Shown piece by piece: positions 35,304 to 41,257 of a stretch of DNA of 41,257 bases. Source of the DNA: an uncultured Mageeibacillus sp. (GTDB lineage: Bacteria > Bacillota > Clostridia > Saccharofermentanales > DTU023); assembly GCA_964493375.1 (NCBI GenBank), contig CAZBOM010000001.1, positions 1-41,257 on the forward strand, written 5' to 3'. Numbering within the stretch: position 1 is the stretch's first letter; each line of letters begins with the position of its first letter. A model generated the notes under the pieces. The model was given only the letters and a program-made list of their open reading frames with translations, was not told where the DNA came from and did no database searches. The translations under genes were made by a program, and so were the position numbers.

Positions 35304-36464
35304 TCACACTCCTTCCTTAGCTATCGGGTTCGCAGTTGAAGAATCAACTGTTTCCACTTTGATTGTTTCGACGGCATCGGGACGCTTGCGAGAAGGAGAC
35401 CTGTGACGGTAGCGCTTCTTGAACGCAAACATCTGTCTTCCGGCGATGAAAAGAATGATCAGCGCTTGGATAACAACGGAAACGGATGAGCTAACGTCTC
35501 GTGTCAAAACCTCCATCCGAAGCGCGCCGGTAGACAAACCACCGAACAAGACACCGGAGAACAATATACCGATAGGATTGAGGTTACCCAGTAGTGCGAC
35601 GGCAATACCGGTGAAACCGTAAGGGACTGCGAATGAAGTCATCATCAGGCGTCCTTGAACGGCAATAATCTCTATACAACCGCCTAGCCCCGCAAGTCCT
35701 CCGGCGAGGAAGAGAGCCAGAACCGTTGATCGCCCGATGTTCATGCCGGCATACGCACCGGCAGACGGATTAAATCCGACAACGCGCATATCGAAACCGG
35801 CTGTCGTCTTCCAGAGAAAGAAGAAATAAAGGAAAACAAATAGCAAGGCGATGATAAGGCCTGTGTGAACGTTTAACCCGGGGATAAATTTACCGAGTCG
35901 AGCCGATGGCTCCATTGGCGCAGATTGCGGATAGGAGCTCGAAGCGCTATCCATCAGCGGTCCATTCACAAAATAAGAAATAAGTTCTTTCGCGATATAG
36001 TTCAGCATGATTGTAACAATCAGCTCTGACGCACCAAATTTAACTTTTAACACGCCTGTGATCAAACCGTAGATCGCACCGCCGATAAAACCTGCCAACA
36101 ATGTGAGAGGCAGGTGAACGGCCATGGGCAAGTTAGGTGTCGCCACTCCGACAGCGGTCGCCGCAAGCGCGCCCATCATAAATTGACCTTCAGCTCCGAG
36201 GTTGATAATGCCACTCCGTCTCGCAATTGAGAAAGACAAAGCTGTAAAAATCAACGGAATAGCTTTAATGAGCGTCGCATCAAAAGCCGCTAAGCTTCCG
36301 AATGCGCCTTTTAGCATATGCCCATAAGCTGTCAGAGGGCTAGTCGAGCTTGTCGCAAAAACTACGACGCTACCGATGATGAGGGAGACAATGATTGCTA
36401 CGAAAGGGAAATAAACCGACTTCGCGATTTCTTGAAATCTCTGCTTAATGGTTAATCCTTCCAT
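35304..36464 (-). CDS. BMP-type ABC transporter permease
   Basis: 386 aa, multi-TM, with a basic C-terminal tail. Only 4 nt separate it from the next permease gene. Confidence 0.85.
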   Translation of the reverse strand: MEGLTIKQRFQEIAKSVYFPFVAIIVSLIIGSVVVFATSSTSPLTAYGHMLKGAFGSLAAFDATLIKAIPLIFTALSFSIARRSGIINLGAEGQFMMGALAATAVGVATPNLPMAVHLPLTLLAGFIGGAIYGLITGVLKVKFGASELIVTIMLNYIAKELISYFVNGPLMDSASSSYPQSAPMEPSARLGKFIPGLNVHTGLIIALLFVFLYFFFLWKTTAGFDMRVVGFNPSAGAYAGMNIGRSTVLALFLAGGLAGLGGCIEIIAVQGRLMMTSFAVPYGFTGIAVALLGNLNPIGILFSGVLFGGLSTGALRMEVLTRDVSSSVSVVIQALIILFIAGRQMFAFKKRYRHRSPSRKRPDAVETIKVETVDSSTANPIAKEGV

Positions 36465-36554
36465 ACGTTTCCTTTCTCAAACCACCTATGAGGCCGACTA
36501 TCTCATCATATGAGCACCTCTTTCGGCAACACGGCGGGGTTGTTTGTGATAACA

Positions 36555-36581
36555 GGCACGCGCGATCAAATCGCGCGTGCC
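36555..36581 (-). promoter_or_regulatory. Perfect 12-bp intercistronic stem-loop between the SBP and permease genes
   Basis: ggcacgcgcgat-caa-atcgcgcgtgcc, with no clear U-run on the minus strand. It is a likely mRNA-stabilising or attenuating hairpin of the kind common after ABC binding-protein genes (inference). Confidence 0.5.
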
Positions 36582-36619
36582 ATCATCACTGTTTCAAATG
36601 TCTTTGCAAGACACGATCA

Positions 36620-37633
36620 TTAGTCGAGAATGATTTTAATCTCGCCTGAAGCCAGTTTCTTCAGAATGTCATCGAGTTTATCTTTGACGTCTTGAGGAAT
36701 GTCATCTTTGTAGTATTCACCAATCGAGATAACACCTTGCGCGGCGCCCATCGGGAGAATCTCTTCAGGCATATTGCCTTCGAGATAGGACTTGTAAGCC
36801 GCTTCGTACGCAACGGATGTGTCTTTCACAATCGCGACGACTGCCGCGTTGGGAGCAACTTTCTCTTGGTTCAAGCCTGAGCCAATTCCAAGCACTCCTG
36901 TTTCTTCAGCTGCTTCCATAACGCCGAGAGACGCCTGGTTCGCCATGGGGCATAGAACGTCCACGCCACTGCTTACAAACTGTTTTGCCAGCTCTTTCGC
37001 AGCGACGACATCGTCAAAGTTACCCGTGTTTTGTGACATGACTTCAATGTCAGGATTGACGTACTTCGCGCCTTGTTCAAAACCTTTACCGCCGTTGATG
37101 ATCGGATTGATCGGAAGACCGCCGATAAAACCAACTTTGTTGTTTTTCGAAAGCAGAGCGGCCAATGCACCCATCAAGTAGCCTTGCTCAGCATCTTTAA
37201 TCGCAAAGGAACGGATATTTTTTTCCGTTACAGTGGAGTTGATCAGGAAGAACTGAACATCAGGGAACTCTTTTGCCGTTTCAGTGGCGACGTCTTGGTA
37301 GCTGTTCGATGACATGAAAATGACGTTGTATCCGTCACCTGCGAATGTACGAATCGCATCAGCCGCCGAGGCAGCCGGTGTATTCTCCGTATGTCCGACG
37401 GTCGCTCCGAGAGCTTCGATCTTTTTCAGGCCGTCATAGGCTGTCGCGTTCCAGCTCATATCGGAAATCGCTCCCTCAAGGATCAGCGCAACCTTCACTT
37501 CTTTTGTGCCGCCGGGCTCAGTGCCACTGGGATCCGTTTTTGCCGGCTCTTTCTTGTCGCAAGCGACGAGCAGACCAAATGACATGACAAGCACCAGTGC
37601 GAGCGCAAGCATTTTAATCCAATTTTTTTTCAT
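36620..37633 (-). CDS. BMP family (PnrA/Med/TmpC-like) substrate-binding lipoprotein
   Basis: The likely start is the ATG at 37633, after a TAAGGAGG SD; the track ORF extends to 37675. The lipobox is LLVAC, followed by VALILEGAISDMSWN..., typical of the basic membrane protein family. Confidence 0.85.
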   Translation of the reverse strand: MKKNWIKMLALALVLVMSFGLLVACDKKEPAKTDPSGTEPGGTKEVKVALILEGAISDMSWNATAYDGLKKIEALGATVGHTENTPAASAADAIRTFAGDGYNVIFMSSNSYQDVATETAKEFPDVQFFLINSTVTEKNIRSFAIKDAEQGYLMGALAALLSKNNKVGFIGGLPINPIINGGKGFEQGAKYVNPDIEVMSQNTGNFDDVVAAKELAKQFVSSGVDVLCPMANQASLGVMEAAEETGVLGIGSGLNQEKVAPNAAVVAIVKDTSVAYEAAYKSYLEGNMPEEILPMGAAQGVISIGEYYKDDIPQDVKDKLDDILKKLASGEIKIILD

Positions 37634-38543
37634 TTTTTTCCTCCTTAGGCTAATTTGTCCATTTGATGGCCTCACTCAATCAAGTATCCGTTCTCCATTC
37701 ATGGTTCGACAAATAAACGCCGAAATCACCCTGATTGATTGGGATACTGAAGGTAACAGACCATTCTCAGACAATTAGTCAGATCTACAGAACCTATTCC
37801 ATCAAACTTTTGCTTGTTTTGTAACTATTCTGGAGTTCGCAAGATAAAATTGAGGAAATGACAAATCATTCACTAAATTGGTGTTTTTAAAAGTCCTCAA
37901 ACATAGCGCGAGTCATTATCCGGCCAAGTTTATACACAACAGAGATCGATTGGTTTTTGCATCGATTCCATGAACGAGAAAATCAAGCAGGTGTTATAAC
38001 GTGGTTGTATTCTTTTAATAGGATTATCAGGATTTATTTTCAAATACCATTCCATTCTTCACACAGACACCTCTTATGCACGCATTAAGCCTTTCTGTAT
38101 TTTCTAATTCGAGATGATGAGATATTCTCACTCCCCTATCTTTTTTTTATTTATTTGCGAGAACAAAAACGGCCACACCTACGGGTGTATCAAGTTAAAG
38201 CGTTCTTCGCCCTTCGATCAATAAGACGCCCCAAAACTGTAACCTTGCTTCCGGTTTTCGGCTTTTCTCGAGCGAAGACGTTCAAACGCGTATAATAAAG
38301 TACGGGAGGGAGATTCTTGCACTCATAACGTTTGTTTGAGCGTCAATCTTCATGAGCATGGCAAAATGCAAAAAAGATGTAATGAGCGCAAATTTCCTGT
38401 ACTATACTATTAGGAGAAGCACATTTTGACGTCTACCAAGAATTAACTTGAGACTGAAATAGATATAAGGACTACAATTCAAGCATTTGAGCTCAATTGT
38501 CCAACACTTTGTTTTAATATGCTTTAACTGAGGGAGAATTTCA

Positions 38544-40859
38544 ATGGAAGTCGGAAAAAGTTCCAAGCGCGTCGACGCTTTTGACAAAGTCACAGGTCGC
38601 GCAAAATATGCAGATGATATCTGCCCCAAAAATGCTTATGTGTCACGCATTTTACATTCAACGATCGCTCATGGTCGTGTGCTTAGTATTGATAAAACTG
38701 AAGCGGAGAAGATTGAAGGTGTCGTCAAGATTCTCACTTGCTTTGATGCTCCTGATATTCCTTTTCCGACGGCAGGACACCCTTGGAACACAGACCCGAG
38801 CCATCAAGATGTCGCGGATAGAAAACTTCTGAATGAACATGTTCGTTACTACGGCGACGACATCGCGGCTGTCATTGCCGAAGACTATGTGGCGGCTGAC
38901 CGCGCGATTCGCGCCTTAAAAGTTGAATACGAGGAATACCCCTTTGTCATCGATCCGATCGAAGCGGCAAAAGAGGGGGCTCCTGTTATCCACAATGAAC
39001 GTCAGGATAACAATATTCTGGCGCATTCAAGTATACGTATCGGGAATTACGAAGAAGCGATTCAAGAGCCGGGGCTCATTAAAGTAGAAGGCTGGTACTA
39101 CACGCCGACTGTTCAACATTCGCACATTGAGAATCATATTTGCTTCGCCTACCAAGAGCAAGGCGGGCGCGTCACCGTCGTTTCGTCAACGCAAATCCCG
39201 CACATCGTGCGCCGTGTTGTCGCGCAAGCGCTCGGATGGCCTTGGGGAAAAGTACGCATCATAAAACCGTATATTGGCGGCGGATTCGGCAACAAACAAG
39301 ATGCCTTGTATGAGCCGCTCTGCGCTTGGATGTCGACGCAAGTCGGCGGGCATCCCGTTAAGTTTGATGTAAGTCGCGAAGAGACATTCGTCAATAATCG
39401 TGTCCGTCACGCTATGCACGCCCATATCATTTCGTGGCTTAGACCTGACGGAACATTCGCCGCGAGAAAGCTTGAAGTCTGGTCCGATCAAGGCGCTTAC
39501 GCGTCTCACGGGCACTCTGTTGTCGCTAAAGGGATGGGCGCCTTCCCGCAGCTCTATCCGTGCGATAACGTCGAGACTGACTCTTGGACTGTCTACACGA
39601 ACAAACCGACAGCCGGGGCGATGCGCGGTTATGGTATCCCGCAAGCGATGTTCCACAATGAAAGCCACATTGAGGACATTGTCACTGCGATGAATCTCGA
39701 CCCGATCGAATTCCGCAGAAAAAACAGCATGCCTGTCGGTTATTATGACAGCTTCTCCAAGAACGAACTCTACGACGATAGCTTCAATCAGAGCTTAGAT
39801 AAGGCGATGAAGCTGATCGATTATGATCGCAAACGTGAATTGTATAAGAATCAGACGGGACCGATCCGCCGAGGCATCGGGACCGCGTTGTTCTGGTATA
39901 ACACAGCCGTTTGGCCTATCAGTATCGAAACGTCTTCCTGCCGTATGATTTTGAATCAAGACGGCTCCATGCAACTGGTGACGGGTGAGACAGAGATCGG
40001 ACAAGGATGCGATACGGTATTCGCGCAGATGGCCGCCGACACCGTCGGACTTCGACTTGAAGATGTTCACGTCTTCACCAACCAAGACACCGATGTCACG
40101 CCCTATGGCTCAGGCGCGTATGCGTCACGACAAACATATATTGGCGGATTCGCGATCAAGCAGACAGGGCAATTGCTAAAAGAAAAAATCTTGGGACACG
40201 CCCATACATTGACGCGTATGCCTGTCGGCATTCTGGATATCGTGAAAGGAAACATCGTTCGGACAACGGACGGTCGCGTCCTCATGTCAGTCGGCGAATT
40301 GGCGACAAAAATCCTTTACAGCATTGAGCTGAGTGAGCATATTGCGGCAGAGAGCACTTACTCCGTCAAAAGCAACGCATACTCCTTTGGCGTGACGATC
40401 GCGGAAGTTGAAGTCGACATCCCCTTATGTCAAGCCAAGGTAGTCAACATGGTTAACGTGCATGACTGTGGATTGCTGATCAACCCACAACTCGCGGAAG
40501 CTCAAGTTCACGGCGGCATGAGCATGGCCATCGGTTTTGGCCTTTATGAGGAACTCTTAGTCGACGAAAAAACAGGTAAAATCCTAAACGATAACTTGCT
40601 CGACTACAAGCTTCCGACGACCATGGACCACCCCGATCTGATGGTCGATTTCGTGGAGAACGCCGAACCGACAAGCCCATTCGGGACGAAGGCGCTCGGG
40701 GAACCGCCCACGTGCTCACCGGCTCCGGCGATCAGAAACGCGATCCTTCAAGCGACAGGTGTGGCGATCAACTCGTCACCTTTAAATCCGCATAAACTGT
40801 TTGTAGCGTTTACGGAAGCGGGACTTCTCCATACCGACAAAGACGAAGAAGCCTCGTAA
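38544..40859 (+). CDS. Xanthine dehydrogenase / aldehyde oxidase family molybdopterin-binding subunit
   Basis: 771 aa, with the N-terminal a/b-hammerhead KRVDAFDKVTGRAKYADD, GGGFGNK, GAMRGYG and GE.EIGQG motifs. A GAGGGAG SD precedes the start. Confidence 0.9.
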   Translation: MEVGKSSKRVDAFDKVTGRAKYADDICPKNAYVSRILHSTIAHGRVLSIDKTEAEKIEGVVKILTCFDAPDIPFPTAGHPWNTDPSHQDVADRKLLNEHVRYYGDDIAAVIAEDYVAADRAIRALKVEYEEYPFVIDPIEAAKEGAPVIHNERQDNNILAHSSIRIGNYEEAIQEPGLIKVEGWYYTPTVQHSHIENHICFAYQEQGGRVTVVSSTQIPHIVRRVVAQALGWPWGKVRIIKPYIGGGFGNKQDALYEPLCAWMSTQVGGHPVKFDVSREETFVNNRVRHAMHAHIISWLRPDGTFAARKLEVWSDQGAYASHGHSVVAKGMGAFPQLYPCDNVETDSWTVYTNKPTAGAMRGYGIPQAMFHNESHIEDIVTAMNLDPIEFRRKNSMPVGYYDSFSKNELYDDSFNQSLDKAMKLIDYDRKRELYKNQTGPIRRGIGTALFWYNTAVWPISIETSSCRMILNQDGSMQLVTGETEIGQGCDTVFAQMAADTVGLRLEDVHVFTNQDTDVTPYGSGAYASRQTYIGGFAIKQTGQLLKEKILGHAHTLTRMPVGILDIVKGNIVRTTDGRVLMSVGELATKILYSIELSEHIAAESTYSVKSNAYSFGVTIAEVEVDIPLCQAKVVNMVNVHDCGLLINPQLAEAQVHGGMSMAIGFGLYEELLVDEKTGKILNDNLLDYKLPTTMDHPDLMVDFVENAEPTSPFGTKALGEPPTCSPAPAIRNAILQATGVAINSSPLNPHKLFVAFTEAGLLHTDKDEEAS

Positions 40860-40990
40860 GCGGTCGCAAATCGAGCGGAATCGTTTTTGTCAACAGACTT
40901 TGGCGATAACGAGAATGACTTACAGAAGCGTTAGTTGATAGAATAAATGCCCTGATTGGCCATCTCAATTCAGGGAAGAGTGAGGGACCT

Positions 40991-41257
40991 ATGTACGACA
41001 TCAATCATATTTTTGAAGCAAGCTCCGTTGAGGATGCCATCAAGTTGCGAATAGAGCAACCGCAAGCTCGCATCATCGGCGGAGGGTCAGATCTTTTGAT
41101 CGGTATTCGAGCCGGAGTCAACGCCGGTTGCGATCTTATCAGCATTTTCATGCTCGATGAGTTGCGTGGCATTTCACTGGACGAAGACGGAACCATTCGC
41201 ATCGGATCACTGACGAGTTTTGCTTCGATTACAAAAAACGCCATTATTCAAGAACAT
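40991..41257 (+). CDS. Xanthine dehydrogenase family FAD-binding subunit (partial; continues beyond the window's right edge)
   Basis: It is absent from the ORF track because there is no stop in the window. Translation from the ATG at 40991 (GAGGGA SD) reads MYDINHIFEASSVEDAIKLRIEQPQARIIGGGSDLLIGIRAG...IRIGSLTSFASI, typical of the CoxM/XdhB FAD-binding domain. Confidence 0.75.
   Translation, partial: MYDINHIFEASSVEDAIKLRIEQPQARIIGGGSDLLIGIRAGVNAGCDLISIFMLDELRGISLDEDGTIRIGSLTSFASITKNAIIQEH

Noticed and set aside
37634-38543. Purine (guanine/adenine) riboswitch in the leaders of the BMP transporter or the xdh operon.
   Set aside because: I could not find the conserved junction and loop sequences (…UAUAAU…GGAUAUGG…CUACCGGG…CCGUAAA…CCGACUA…) on either strand. 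The TATAAT at 38291-38296 is not embedded in that context.
38402-38629. 75-aa minus-strand ORF overlapping the xdh start; also the small intergenic ORFs 31233-31433 (-), 27181-27366 (+) and 32739-32951 (+).
   Set aside because: They have no SD, an odd composition, and they overlap terminators or the starts of well-supported genes. They are most likely non-coding.
1-41257. Mobile elements, prophage, CRISPR arrays, tRNA/rRNA genes.
   Set aside because: No transposase, integrase or phage-like translations appear in any frame of the track. There are no regularly spaced short repeats, no tRNA-like T-loop (GGTTCGAATCC-type) sequences and no rRNA-like stretches.

Overview
This is a 41.3 kb chromosomal segment. 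Shine-Dalgarno sites of the AGGAGG/GGAGG type, Cys lipoboxes, the DUF1015-serA pairing and DUF5050 kinases suggest a Gram-positive Bacillota, probably Clostridia-like, genome (inference). Hand counts put GC at roughly 50%. I found about 29 protein genes in tight, often overlapping operons, and no rRNA, tRNA, CRISPR array, transposase, integrase or phage genes. Gene order is as follows. (-) DUF1015/serA/class-V aminotransferase serine operon. (-) An envelope cluster: alpha/alpha-toroid lipoprotein, a giant GT2 synthase-Ser/Thr kinase-beta-propeller fusion, a truncated pseudokinase paralog, a zinc-ribbon/TPR membrane protein and a lipoprotein. (-) HTH protein. (-) patatin-sbcD-sbcC. (-) RDD protein. 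(+) aspS-gatA-gatB, in which GatC is fused in frame to the C-terminus of AspRS. (-) Polar amino-acid ABC transporter. (-) M42 peptidase. (+) Prolyl oligopeptidase. (+) Secreted repeat protein with a SleB/CwlJ-like domain. (-) BMP-family (nucleoside-type) ABC transporter. (+) Xanthine dehydrogenase-family Mo subunit and the start of its FAD subunit. There are two main candidates for something undescribed. The first is the cellulose-synthase-like GT2 / Hanks kinase / DUF5050 fusion and its companion genes (about 3196-12352), read as a signal-gated exopolysaccharide module. The second is the covalent AspRS-GatC fusion upstream of gatAB, a hard-wired transamidosome. All calls come from reading the translations and sequence by eye; no database search was possible.
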